In this document: in pieces, positions 25,296 through 34,342 of the stretch | Layout: every line of letters starts with the position of its first letter | Numbering within the stretch: the stretch's first letter is position 1 | Virus record (IMG/VR): IMGVR_UViG_3300033475_000026 | Coordinates: 1-58,656 of that record | Source: a virus | Taxonomy: Duplodnaviria > Caudoviricetes | Strand: one strand, 5' to 3' | DNA length: 58,656 bases | The notes under the pieces: generated by a model | Told to the model about the DNA's origin: nothing | What the model saw: only the letters and a program-made list of their open reading frames with translations | Database searches by the model: none | Made by a program: the position numbers and the translations under genes

Positions 25296-25640
25296 ATGCC
25301 GAGCATGTACGATAACATGGAGTTCGCGCCCTACGAGTTCAGGGCGTTTCCGCGAGCGGTTCCCATTGGCCCGGACGGCAAGCCCTCCGACACCCCCTAT
25401 GAGAAGGTCGGCAAGCGCAACGTCTCGCTGCCGGTGATCGAGGTCCAGACCCAGGAGGAGTTCGATCTCCTGATGGGTGGCGATGTCGCCCTGGTGGAGG
25501 GTCGGGTCCGCACCGAGGACGATGACCGCCGGGCGCTCTATCTGGAGGCTGACCGCGTCGGCGCCAAGGTCGACAAGCGCTGGTCGGTCGAGCGGATCGC
25601 GAGCGAGATCGAAGCCCACAAGAAGAGCCTCGCGGCCTGA
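25296..25640 (+). CDS. Head-associated hypothetical protein
   Basis: YEFRAFPR...G.KVDKRWS.ERI..EI, typical after P22-like coat genes. Confidence 0.7.
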   Translation: MPSMYDNMEFAPYEFRAFPRAVPIGPDGKPSDTPYEKVGKRNVSLPVIEVQTQEEFDLLMGGDVALVEGRVRTEDDDRRALYLEADRVGAKVDKRWSVERIASEIEAHKKSLAA

Positions 25641-26365
25641 TGGCGACCTGGGCGCAACTTCTGGAGTTGACGCTCAAGGACTCCGGCGTACTGGGCGTGG
25701 GCCAATCGGCGCTGCCGGAGGACACCCGGGACACCGCCTTCCGCTGCAACATGATGCTGGGCCAGTGGCGCCGCAAGCGCTGGCTCGTCTACCACCTGGT
25801 GAACATCTCCTGCGCGGCGACGGGCGCCCAGTTCTACACGGTCGGTCCCGGCATGGACCTCAACGTGACGCGCCCGGACAAGCTGGAAGCGGCCTATTCC
25901 AAGCAGCTCAACGTCCCGAACCTGCCGATCAACTACCCGATGCGGCTGATCCCCTCGTATGAGGAATACGTGCGGATTTCGGCGCCGACGCTCCAGGCGT
26001 CGCCCCCGGTGGCGATCTTCTACGACAGCGGCTATCCGACCGGGAAGGTCTATCCGTGGCCCCGGCCCGGCAACGGCTATGAGATCCACATCCTCGTCAA
26101 GGATGTGCTGGACAGCGTTCCGGCTGATCTCGATGCGGATGTCAGCCTGCCGCCGGAATATCAGGACGCCATCTACCTGTGCCTGATGGAACGCAACCGG
26201 ATGGCCTACCAGCTTCCGCCCGATCCCATACTGGCGGGGCAGGCGCGTTCGGCCCTGGAGACCCTGCGCTCGTCCAACTTCCAGATCGCCAACCTGCTGA
26301 TGCCGCGAGGGGCGGCGAACCGCAGTCCAGCGAACTACAACATAAACTCTGATCAGTTCATCTAG
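25640..26365 (+). CDS. Head-tail adaptor (P22 gp4-like)
   Basis: LKDSGVLGVGQ...NMML.QW...YDSGYP.G.VYPWP.P...LPPEY..A. Confidence 0.8.
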   Translation: MATWAQLLELTLKDSGVLGVGQSALPEDTRDTAFRCNMMLGQWRRKRWLVYHLVNISCAATGAQFYTVGPGMDLNVTRPDKLEAAYSKQLNVPNLPINYPMRLIPSYEEYVRISAPTLQASPPVAIFYDSGYPTGKVYPWPRPGNGYEIHILVKDVLDSVPADLDADVSLPPEYQDAIYLCLMERNRMAYQLPPDPILAGQARSALETLRSSNFQIANLLMPRGAANRSPANYNINSDQFI

Positions 26366-26369
26366 GACA

Positions 26370-28352
26370 ATGGCCCGTATTCAGCTAGTCTCCGGGGCCT
26401 ACACAGCGCGCAGCCTTATTTCCAATGCTCAGCGCTCGGTGAATTTGTACGCCGAGGTCGGAGCGGCCGACAGTCCGGCGCTCGCCACGCATTATCCTAC
26501 GCCCGGCACGACCACCATCGCGGCGGCCACGTCCAGCAACTGCCGCTGCGTCTACAAGGCCTCGAACGGCGTCCTCTACGTGGTGGAGGGCGGCCAGGTA
26601 TTCGTGGTCGACAATGCCTTCACCCGCACGCTGCTGGGGACCATCCCGCCGGGCGACAACCCCGTGGTCATGGCCGACAACGGTCTGGTGATCATCCTCG
26701 TGGATGGGACGCCGAACAACGGCTGGGCGATCAACCTGGCGGGGAACGCCTTCGCCCAGATCGTCGGGGACTCGTTCTACGGCGGGACTTCGGTCTGGTA
26801 TCTCGACACCTATTTCCTGCTGAACCGGCCCGATCCCACGGCCACCACGACCACGATCAGCGCCCAGTGGTACATCTCGCTTCCCGACGTGACCTTTGCC
26901 GACCTGACCGGAGGGCCTGCGGTGGACGGGGTGATCTCGGGCGTTGGTTCCGGCTATGCGGACGGGACCTATGCGGCGCTGCCGTTCACCGGCGGAACGC
27001 CCACGACTGGGATGACCGCGGACGTGACGGTGACGGGCGGTGTGGTCACCGATGTCGCGATTGTCGACGGCGGCGGCCCCTACACCGTGGGCCAGGTGCT
27101 CACCACCAACCTGAACGGCCAGATCGCGACCGCGACATTGGCGGGGGGGGCCGGGTACGTCAACGGGCTCTATGCCGAGGTTCCCCTGACGGGTGGATCT
27201 GGAGCCGGGTTCACGGCGGATATCACCGTCGATCTCGGAGCCGTGACCGCGGTCTCCATCGTCAGCGCCGGAGCTGGCTATGCGGTGGGCGATGTCCTGA
27301 CCTCCGACATCATCGGAACCGGGATCGGCTTCACCTACACCGTGGACACGATTTCCGGGTCCGGCAGCGGCTTTACCTGGGTGATCAGCGACATCGGCCT
27401 GACTGGTTTCGATCCGCTGGACTTCGCGACCAAGGTGGACGGGGCCGACTCCATCGTCAACATGATCGTGTCTCGCGGCGAAGTGTGGCTGCTGGGCCGG
27501 CAGACCTCGGAGGTCTGGTTCTTCAACGCCGATCCGGTGTTCCCGTTCGCCAGGGTCGACAGCGTCTTTGCGCAATATGGCTGCAACGCGCCCTACAGTG
27601 TGGCCTCCACGGATATTCAGGCAGTCTGGCTGGGACGCAACTCCCAGGGCCATTGCCTGGTGCTGGAGGCGGCTTCCTACGAGGTCAAGCGCATCTCCAC
27701 CCACGCCATCGAATACGCGATCTCGGCCTATCCCAACGCCTCGATCCTGAATGCGGCGGCCTTCGTCTACCAGCAGGAAGGGCACACCTTCTATGTGCTG
27801 AATTTCCCGGTGATCGCCGGCAGCTTCCGGGGCGCGACCTGGGTCTATGACTTCGCCTCGATGCTCTGGCACGAGCGGACCTGGACCGACACGGATGGCC
27901 TGGAATGGCGCCATCGGGTCTCGGACGCGACCTTCGTCTATGGGGTCATGGTCGCGGGTGATTGGGAAGACGGCCGGCTCTACAACTGGAGCCTCGACAC
28001 CTACACTGACGATGGGGGCCCGATCGTCCGCCGCCGCGGCTTCCCGCACATGGTCAACGACGGCAAGCGGGCCTCCTATGCCGGGTTCGCCGCGGACATC
28101 TCCGTCGCTCAGCAGGCGGGACTGCTCAGCGATGAGCCGCCGCTGATCTCGCTGCGATGGTCCGACACGCGCGGCCAGACCTGGGGCGATCCGGTGCGGC
28201 AGAGCCTGGGCGCCACAGGACAATATCTCACGCAGCCCCGGTGGAACCGGCTCGGCATGGCCCGTGACCGGGTGTTCGAGTTGTTCTGGGATGCGCCAGG
28301 CGGCTACGCGATCCAGTCGGCGTTCCTCGACGCTGTTCCGGCGAGGACCTGA
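26370..28352 (+). CDS. Packaged-DNA stabilisation / tail hub protein (P22 gp10-like) with an internal Gly-rich insertion
   Basis: QRSVNLYAE, FDPLDFA, LLG..TSEVW, RISTHAIE, YQQEGHTFYVLNFP, WNRLGMARDRVFEL. Confidence 0.88.
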   Translation: MARIQLVSGAYTARSLISNAQRSVNLYAEVGAADSPALATHYPTPGTTTIAAATSSNCRCVYKASNGVLYVVEGGQVFVVDNAFTRTLLGTIPPGDNPVVMADNGLVIILVDGTPNNGWAINLAGNAFAQIVGDSFYGGTSVWYLDTYFLLNRPDPTATTTTISAQWYISLPDVTFADLTGGPAVDGVISGVGSGYADGTYAALPFTGGTPTTGMTADVTVTGGVVTDVAIVDGGGPYTVGQVLTTNLNGQIATATLAGGAGYVNGLYAEVPLTGGSGAGFTADITVDLGAVTAVSIVSAGAGYAVGDVLTSDIIGTGIGFTYTVDTISGSGSGFTWVISDIGLTGFDPLDFATKVDGADSIVNMIVSRGEVWLLGRQTSEVWFFNADPVFPFARVDSVFAQYGCNAPYSVASTDIQAVWLGRNSQGHCLVLEAASYEVKRISTHAIEYAISAYPNASILNAAAFVYQQEGHTFYVLNFPVIAGSFRGATWVYDFASMLWHERTWTDTDGLEWRHRVSDATFVYGVMVAGDWEDGRLYNWSLDTYTDDGGPIVRRRGFPHMVNDGKRASYAGFAADISVAQQAGLLSDEPPLISLRWSDTRGQTWGDPVRQSLGATGQYLTQPRWNRLGMARDRVFELFWDAPGGYAIQSAFLDAVPART

Positions 28353-29059
28353 TGACCACGCCGATCGATCCCTTCAATTTCCCCGGCCTGAGCGCCAATA
28401 TCCGGGTTGCCGACAAGAACGGCATGGCGGCCTTTACGTTCGTCGGCTGGTTCAATTCGCTGCTCGACAAGCTGAAGACGGCGCTGAACCAGATCACGGC
28501 CAATGTGCTGGAACTGGAAACCCTGTCGGCCAAGGTCGATCAGCAGGGCCAGAACTACAATAGCCTCGCCAAGATCGCCAAGACCGGCTCGGCGAGCGAT
28601 TTGGTGGCCGGAACGGTTCCGACCGCGCGCCTGGCGACCGTGAACAGCAATGTCGGGACCTTCGGCGACGCGACCAATGTCGGCCAGTTCACGGTGGACG
28701 CTAAGGGCCGGATCACGGCGGCGGCCAATATCCCGATCACCGGAGGTGGCTCCGGGATCACGGCTTTGACCGGAGATGTGACGGCCACAGGCCCAGGCAG
28801 CGTGCCTGCGACAATCGCCAGCCATGCCGTGACCTTCGCCAAGTTCCAGGCAGCCTCAGGGGGCTCGCTGCTGCTGGGCCGTGGGGATTCCGGGGCCGGG
28901 GATTTTCAGGAGATCACCTTGGGCGACGGGCTCTCGATGACCGGGGCTGTGCTCAAAGCGACCGGACAGCCTTATCAACCCCTGTCGATGGGGACCGAAC
29001 CCTTGGTCTTCATGTCTGACGGCATGGGGAACCCAATGATGATCCCCTTCTCGCCATGA
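28352..29059 (+). CDS. Tail needle/fibre-anchor protein (gp26 position)
   Basis: N-terminal coiled coil, TVDAKGRITAA fibre motif, C-terminal PLSMGTEPL module. Confidence 0.7.
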   Translation: MTTPIDPFNFPGLSANIRVADKNGMAAFTFVGWFNSLLDKLKTALNQITANVLELETLSAKVDQQGQNYNSLAKIAKTGSASDLVAGTVPTARLATVNSNVGTFGDATNVGQFTVDAKGRITAAANIPITGGGSGITALTGDVTATGPGSVPATIASHAVTFAKFQAASGGSLLLGRGDSGAGDFQEITLGDGLSMTGAVLKATGQPYQPLSMGTEPLVFMSDGMGNPMMIPFSP

Positions 29060-30642
29060 CCCAGCCATCAGCCGTCCAATACTACCTCGCGCAAGGCACC
29101 GACGCTGAGCGGCTGGCCTTCACGCCGGTCCCCAGCGTCCCGGCCAGCGGCCCCGGTTCCGCGGTCGCGGTGTTCTGGACCACGACCGACACGGGGGCGG
29201 CCTATTGGTGGAACAACGGCTCCAGCGCGTGGGTGTCCTTCGCCTCGGCGGCCGGCGCGCTACTGGCGGCGAACAACCTTTCCGACCTCGCCAACGCCGC
29301 GACGGCCAGGACCAATCTCGGCGTCGCCATCGGGTCCAATGTGCAGGCCTATGACGCCGAACTCCAGGCTATCGCAGGCCTGACCTCGGCGGCGAACAAG
29401 GTTCCCTATTTCACCGGAGCCGGAACAGCCGCGACGGCGGATTTCACGGCGGCGGGTCGGGCGGTCGCAGGAGCAGCGGACGCCTCGGCTCAGCGCACGG
29501 CCCTTGGCCTGGTGATCGGGACCGACGTCCAGGCTTTCGATGCAGACCTCTCGGCGCTCGCGGCTTTGTCGGGCACGGACACCATCTATTACCGCTCGGG
29601 TGTTTCGACCTGGACGGCGGTGACGGTCGGTTCCAACCTGACCTTCTCTGGAGGCACGCTCAGCGCCTCGGCGGCGGCTGGCGCCCTGCTGATCGCCAAC
29701 AACCTGTCGGACCTAGGGAATGCCGCCACCGCGCGGACCAACCTCGGCGTCGCGATCGGGACGAACGTCCAGGCCTACAATGCCGGGCTCGCCAGCCTGG
29801 CCTCGGCCGCCACCACGGACAGGTTCTACTATCTCTCGGCGGCGAATACATGGTCTCCGGTCACGATCGGATCGGGTCTCGCCTTCTCCACTGGCACTCT
29901 GACGGCGGCGGGGACGGCGGGGGGTCTGGTCGCGGCCAACAACCTTTCCGACGTGGCCTCGGCCTCTGCGTCGCGGACCAATCTCGGGCTTGCGATCGGG
30001 ACCGATGTGCAGGCGTTCAACGCCAACCTGACGGCGGTGTCCTCCGTCACCTCGGCGACCGACAAGCTGTTCTATTTCACCGGGTCGGGAACCGGTGCGG
30101 TGACGGATTTCACCTCCGTGGCCCGGACCCTGGTCGGCCAGACAACCCAGGCGCTGATGCGCACGACGGGTCTTGGCCTCGGAACGGTCGCCACGCTCAA
30201 CACCGGGACCTCAGGCGCCAATGTCCCGCTGCTCAACGGGGCGAACTCGTGGAGCGGCCTACAGACGCTTTCGGCGGGCGCGGACCTCACCATCGCGGCC
30301 ACGCCCTCGGCGACTGCTGTGGGCTATCTGGGCGCCCCGCAGAACATCATCAGCGCCAATTACACGACGGTGATGAGCGACGCCGGCAAGTCGTTCTATC
30401 ACACTTCCGGCACCGCCCATGACCTGACCATCGCCGCCAACGCTTCCGTCGCCTATCCCATCGGGACGGTGTTCGCGGGCGTGAACGAGAACGGCGCCGG
30501 CATCCTGTCGCTGAAGATCAACTCCGACACCTTGCGCTGGGGGTCTTCCACCGGCACGCGCTCCATCGCGGCCAACGGGACGTTCTCGGTGCTGAAGGTG
30601 GCCGCGACGGTCTGGCGGCTGACGGGTGATGGCATCTCGTAA
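29056..30642 (+). CDS. Tail fibre protein
   Basis: Three ANNLSD...ARTNLG.AIG..VQA repeats. Confidence 0.85.
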   Translation: MTQPSAVQYYLAQGTDAERLAFTPVPSVPASGPGSAVAVFWTTTDTGAAYWWNNGSSAWVSFASAAGALLAANNLSDLANAATARTNLGVAIGSNVQAYDAELQAIAGLTSAANKVPYFTGAGTAATADFTAAGRAVAGAADASAQRTALGLVIGTDVQAFDADLSALAALSGTDTIYYRSGVSTWTAVTVGSNLTFSGGTLSASAAAGALLIANNLSDLGNAATARTNLGVAIGTNVQAYNAGLASLASAATTDRFYYLSAANTWSPVTIGSGLAFSTGTLTAAGTAGGLVAANNLSDVASASASRTNLGLAIGTDVQAFNANLTAVSSVTSATDKLFYFTGSGTGAVTDFTSVARTLVGQTTQALMRTTGLGLGTVATLNTGTSGANVPLLNGANSWSGLQTLSAGADLTIAATPSATAVGYLGAPQNIISANYTTVMSDAGKSFYHTSGTAHDLTIAANASVAYPIGTVFAGVNENGAGILSLKINSDTLRWGSSTGTRSIAANGTFSVLKVAATVWRLTGDGIS

Positions 30643-32681
30643 TGGCCGGGGCCTCCATCGCGCGCTTCGGGCGCAATTCCGGATCGGCTCCGCCCCCGCC
30701 ATTGGGCCTTGCCCCGTCCAGCCAGTGGACAGGAGTTGCGGGGTCTGGGTTCGGAGGAGCCTTCGCTCCGGTTCCGACCAATCCCACGCGCACGACCGCC
30801 AAACCCTGGTGTCAGCCGCTCTGGCCCAACTGGCTCACCGTCACTGAGGACATGTATTGGGGTGTCGATGCGGGAGCAGACAGGACCCCCTCCGGCGGCA
30901 TCGCCAATGTCCAGTTCATCCTTGAAGGTGCGACATTCACCGTCACTTCGCAGTCGGTGGATTTCTTCGTCGATCCGAACGGCGCTACGCAATCGACCTA
31001 CGGGTTCCAGTGCCCCCTGGATGTCTCGGCATGGCTGGCCCAGAACCCCAACGGCGAAGCGCAGATGTACGTCGTGGTCACGGCCAGCGACGTCACCATG
31101 CAGCAACAGGTGATCGGACCCTACACCTTCTATGCCCGCACGACCGAGTTTTCTCAGACCAAGACGGTCGGGATCGGGGGGGACTTCACCAGTATCAAGG
31201 ACGGCCTGACCTATTGCCGGACCAATCCCACCCAGCGCGTCAACCTGCTGCTGCTGAACACGGCCAATTACAGGATCGACGCCCAGGCCTCGGATTTCGT
31301 GTCGGCCAAGTGGTGGACGGTGATCTCGCCGGCCGCCGGCGTTGCCGCGACCATGGGCGATGGCACGAAGGCCATGACCCAATGCGGGTACGATGGTATC
31401 GAGTTCCGCGGTTTCGGGATCAAGTGGGACATCGCCCAGCTCGGCTATAATCTCAGCTCGGCCTGGCGCTTCTCCAATGGCGGGGCGAATCGCCTGCGCC
31501 TGAACTGCGTCGATGGTCCGTTCTGTGGCGCGATGAACCCGGCGCATGGGGGTTCGGGTTCAGGCGCGGCGGCCCTGGTCAATTTCGCCCAGCAATCGTC
31601 GTTCTGGATCGGCGGCAACGACCCGACGACGGCCTGGAACGTGTACTTCACCGAATGCGCGGCGCATGACCTTCCGGCCTATGGCCTGTCGTTCTTCAAG
31701 CTGCGGCGCAACAGCACGGCGATCAACGTCTCGGGTTCCGACAACGAGAACGGCCAGTGCATCCATGGCGGCTATTCCGATCAGGTCGGCGGCTACTATT
31801 CCGGCCTGAGGACGGAGCAGGGGGCGTTCGATCTCACCGGTCCCGTGGGATCGGCCTACGAGAAGACCGGCGTCAATGGCTCGACGGGGGCGTTCAACGT
31901 CTACAACGTCGCCGCCGGATCGATCAGTCACAGCTTCCCGATCTCGACCGGCAACGAGGACATGGCGGCGCTGATCGCCGCGATCAACACCTGGGCCGGT
32001 TGGACAGCGACGCCCACCACCACAACCAACCAGCTCGGCGCGGCCTATCTGTCGCGGGCCGATCTCGCGCCCAGCGCCGCCATTCCGAAGACCAATCTCG
32101 TCGGGACCGCCCATCTCACCCGGATCGCCGACATCCACGCCGACGTGATCGTCCACCACACCCATCTGTGGGAGAATATATGCGGCCGGTTCTTCGAAAA
32201 CCGCAGCAGTGTCGGAACCGCCTTCGGCTCGGTCAATGGCGACCAGCCCATGCGCGACGCCGGCTTCCGCAACCTCTCCAATCAGGACATCTCCAGCACG
32301 GTCGGCGAGAGCACGCAGCCCGGCTATTGGGGCGGCGCGCGCCAGCACGTCGTCTGGCAGTATGTCTCGAACACCAACCCCTCCGGCAACCGCTTCCTCT
32401 CCGGCTCGACCTCTGACGCCTATTGCGATGTCGATCATGTGGCGAGCCCGATCACCATCGCCGCACCGCCGCTGGCGAACCAGCAGCTCACATCTATCGC
32501 GGCGCCGGTGCTGCCTTCGGGGTCGGATGGTAATTCCAAGGCGGTCTCGACCAATCAGGCGCTGCTCTACACCAACCCGACCAGCAATCCGCCGAACTTC
32601 ACGCCGCTGACACCGCTCAGGCTGGCCGACCTGAGCTATGCCGGGCGCTACAAGGCCGATGGGACGGAGCAAGGGGTTTGA
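30642..32681 (+). CDS. Putative tailspike/receptor-binding (depolymerase-like) protein
   Basis: N-peptide, PPPP linker, large beta-rich body; follows the fibre gene. Confidence 0.6.
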   Translation: MAGASIARFGRNSGSAPPPPLGLAPSSQWTGVAGSGFGGAFAPVPTNPTRTTAKPWCQPLWPNWLTVTEDMYWGVDAGADRTPSGGIANVQFILEGATFTVTSQSVDFFVDPNGATQSTYGFQCPLDVSAWLAQNPNGEAQMYVVVTASDVTMQQQVIGPYTFYARTTEFSQTKTVGIGGDFTSIKDGLTYCRTNPTQRVNLLLLNTANYRIDAQASDFVSAKWWTVISPAAGVAATMGDGTKAMTQCGYDGIEFRGFGIKWDIAQLGYNLSSAWRFSNGGANRLRLNCVDGPFCGAMNPAHGGSGSGAAALVNFAQQSSFWIGGNDPTTAWNVYFTECAAHDLPAYGLSFFKLRRNSTAINVSGSDNENGQCIHGGYSDQVGGYYSGLRTEQGAFDLTGPVGSAYEKTGVNGSTGAFNVYNVAAGSISHSFPISTGNEDMAALIAAINTWAGWTATPTTTTNQLGAAYLSRADLAPSAAIPKTNLVGTAHLTRIADIHADVIVHHTHLWENICGRFFENRSSVGTAFGSVNGDQPMRDAGFRNLSNQDISSTVGESTQPGYWGGARQHVVWQYVSNTNPSGNRFLSGSTSDAYCDVDHVASPITIAAPPLANQQLTSIAAPVLPSGSDGNSKAVSTNQALLYTNPTSNPPNFTPLTPLRLADLSYAGRYKADGTEQGV

Positions 32682-33448
32682 CCGTCCGTCGCACCATGGA
32701 CGCCGCGTTCCTCAACGCCATCGCCAACGACCCCTGCGTGCGCCCCTGGATAGGAGGCGACCCCTTCAAGCCGGTGGATCTGACTCCAATCCTGGCCGAC
32801 CAGAGCAACTATGCCATCGTCTGCGAGCACGGTGGGTGGGTGCTGCACAATCTCGCTCCGGGGACCTACGAAATCCACACCCTGTTCGGAAAGCAGGGGA
32901 GGGGCGCCTATTTCCGCAACGCCGCCGTCGAGATGCTGCGCTGGATATTCACCCGCACCGATGCGGTGGAAATCCTGACCAAATGCCCCGACGACAATCC
33001 AGGCGCCAGGATGGCCGCAACGTGGGTCGGCTTCCGCGAGCGGTTCCACCGGGACGACGCCTGGAAGCCCGGCGTGGGGGTCTCCTACCGCGCCCTGACC
33101 ATTGACGACTGGTATGTACGTGATCCTCTGGGGCGCCAGGAGGGCGCCAAGTTCCATGAGGTGCTGGAGTGGGCCAAGGGGCCTGAAATCCATCAGCACC
33201 CGGAAGACGCAGCGCATGACCAGGCCGTGGGTTGCGCCCTGATGATGGCCTATGCGGGCCAGATCGAGAAGGGCGTGGCGTTCTACAACCGCTGGGCGAC
33301 GTTCGCGGGATACGCCCAGATCGAACAGGTCGGCCCGCGCGAGATCGACATCCAAGACGCCCTGGTCGAGATCGCGGAGGCGACCGTCAACGTCCTTATG
33401 GTGCGCCGGGAAACCGCGCCCACAAGCGGTAGTGTTGTGCTAGCCTAA
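32678..33448 (+). CDS. GNAT-like virion assembly protein (P22 gp14 position)
   Basis: DAAFLN.IANDP.VRPW...YEIHTLF...GRG...N..A...A..VGF. Confidence 0.7.
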   Translation: MTVRRTMDAAFLNAIANDPCVRPWIGGDPFKPVDLTPILADQSNYAIVCEHGGWVLHNLAPGTYEIHTLFGKQGRGAYFRNAAVEMLRWIFTRTDAVEILTKCPDDNPGARMAATWVGFRERFHRDDAWKPGVGVSYRALTIDDWYVRDPLGRQEGAKFHEVLEWAKGPEIHQHPEDAAHDQAVGCALMMAYAGQIEKGVAFYNRWATFAGYAQIEQVGPREIDIQDALVEIAEATVNVLMVRRETAPTSGSVVLA

Positions 33449-33471
33449 TTCCTACGAAACGTGTAGGGTTT
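33447..33471 (+). promoter_or_regulatory. Operator copy AATTCCTAC-N7-GTAGGGTTT
   Basis: Near-perfect palindrome before the ejection genes. Confidence 0.6.
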
Positions 33472-33496
33472 AGGCGGTGAGTTCGGAGTTCGCTTA

Positions 33497-34342
33497 ATGC
33501 CTGTCGCCGCCGTCATGGCCGCCGCCACAGTCGGAAGCGCCGCCCTTGGTGCGAGCGCGGCCGGAAAGGCCTCCAAGCAGCAAGCCAATGCCGCGAACCG
33601 GGCGGCGGACATCCAGCTCCAGATGTTCAACACGACCCAGCAGGGTCTTGCGCCGTTCCGGGATTTCGGGACCGGCGCGCTCAGTCCCTACGGTCAACTC
33701 CTGGGCATCGGTTCCAGCACCCCGCAGCCCGACTGGAACGCCTATCTGCGCATGAACCCCGATGTCATGCAGGAGGCCATCAAGCAGGGCATCGATCCGC
33801 TGAAATACGCCCAGCAGCACTATCAGCAGTTCGGGGCGGCGGAGGGCCGCAAGCTCGCCATGACCCGTCCGCAGAGCGCGGGCGACGCGATGCAGGCCGC
33901 GCTCGAAGCGACGCCTGGTTATCAGTTCACCCGCGACCAGGGCATCAAGAACACGGTCAACACCTTCTCGGGACGGGGGCTTTCGGGAGCCCAGGCCAAG
34001 GGGATTTCGCGGTTCGTCACCGGCCTCGCCGACACGACCTATGGAAACCAGGTTCAGCGGCTGCACGATGCGGCGGCCCTTGGTGAGAACGCCGCGGCGG
34101 GTGTCGGTACAGCAGCCGTGCAGACTGGAGCCAACGTCGGAAATTCGTATCAGTCGGCCGGTCAGGCGCAAGCCGCCGGCACGGTGGGGCAGGCCAACGC
34201 CCTGCAACAAGGGCTCTACGGCCTCTCGAACTCGTATCTGACCAGCAAGCTTCTCGGTGGCGGCATGAGCGGTTCGGGCGGATCATCGAACATCTTCGGG
34301 CAGTCGACGCCGATCTATGGCGACGCCGGGACGCCGATCTGA
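33497..34342 (+). CDS. DNA ejection protein (P22 gp7-like)
   Basis: Ala/Gly N-terminus, LAPFRDFG, LEATPGYQFT.DQG, LGENAAAGVG. Confidence 0.85.
   Translation: MPVAAVMAAATVGSAALGASAAGKASKQQANAANRAADIQLQMFNTTQQGLAPFRDFGTGALSPYGQLLGIGSSTPQPDWNAYLRMNPDVMQEAIKQGIDPLKYAQQHYQQFGAAEGRKLAMTRPQSAGDAMQAALEATPGYQFTRDQGIKNTVNTFSGRGLSGAQAKGISRFVTGLADTTYGNQVQRLHDAAALGENAAAGVGTAAVQTGANVGNSYQSAGQAQAAGTVGQANALQQGLYGLSNSYLTSKLLGGGMSGSGGSSNIFGQSTPIYGDAGTPI

Noticed and set aside
29200-30030. CRISPR array or DGR template/variable repeats
   Set aside because: The repeats are degenerate in-frame fibre repeats; no cas or reverse transcriptase gene recognised in the window
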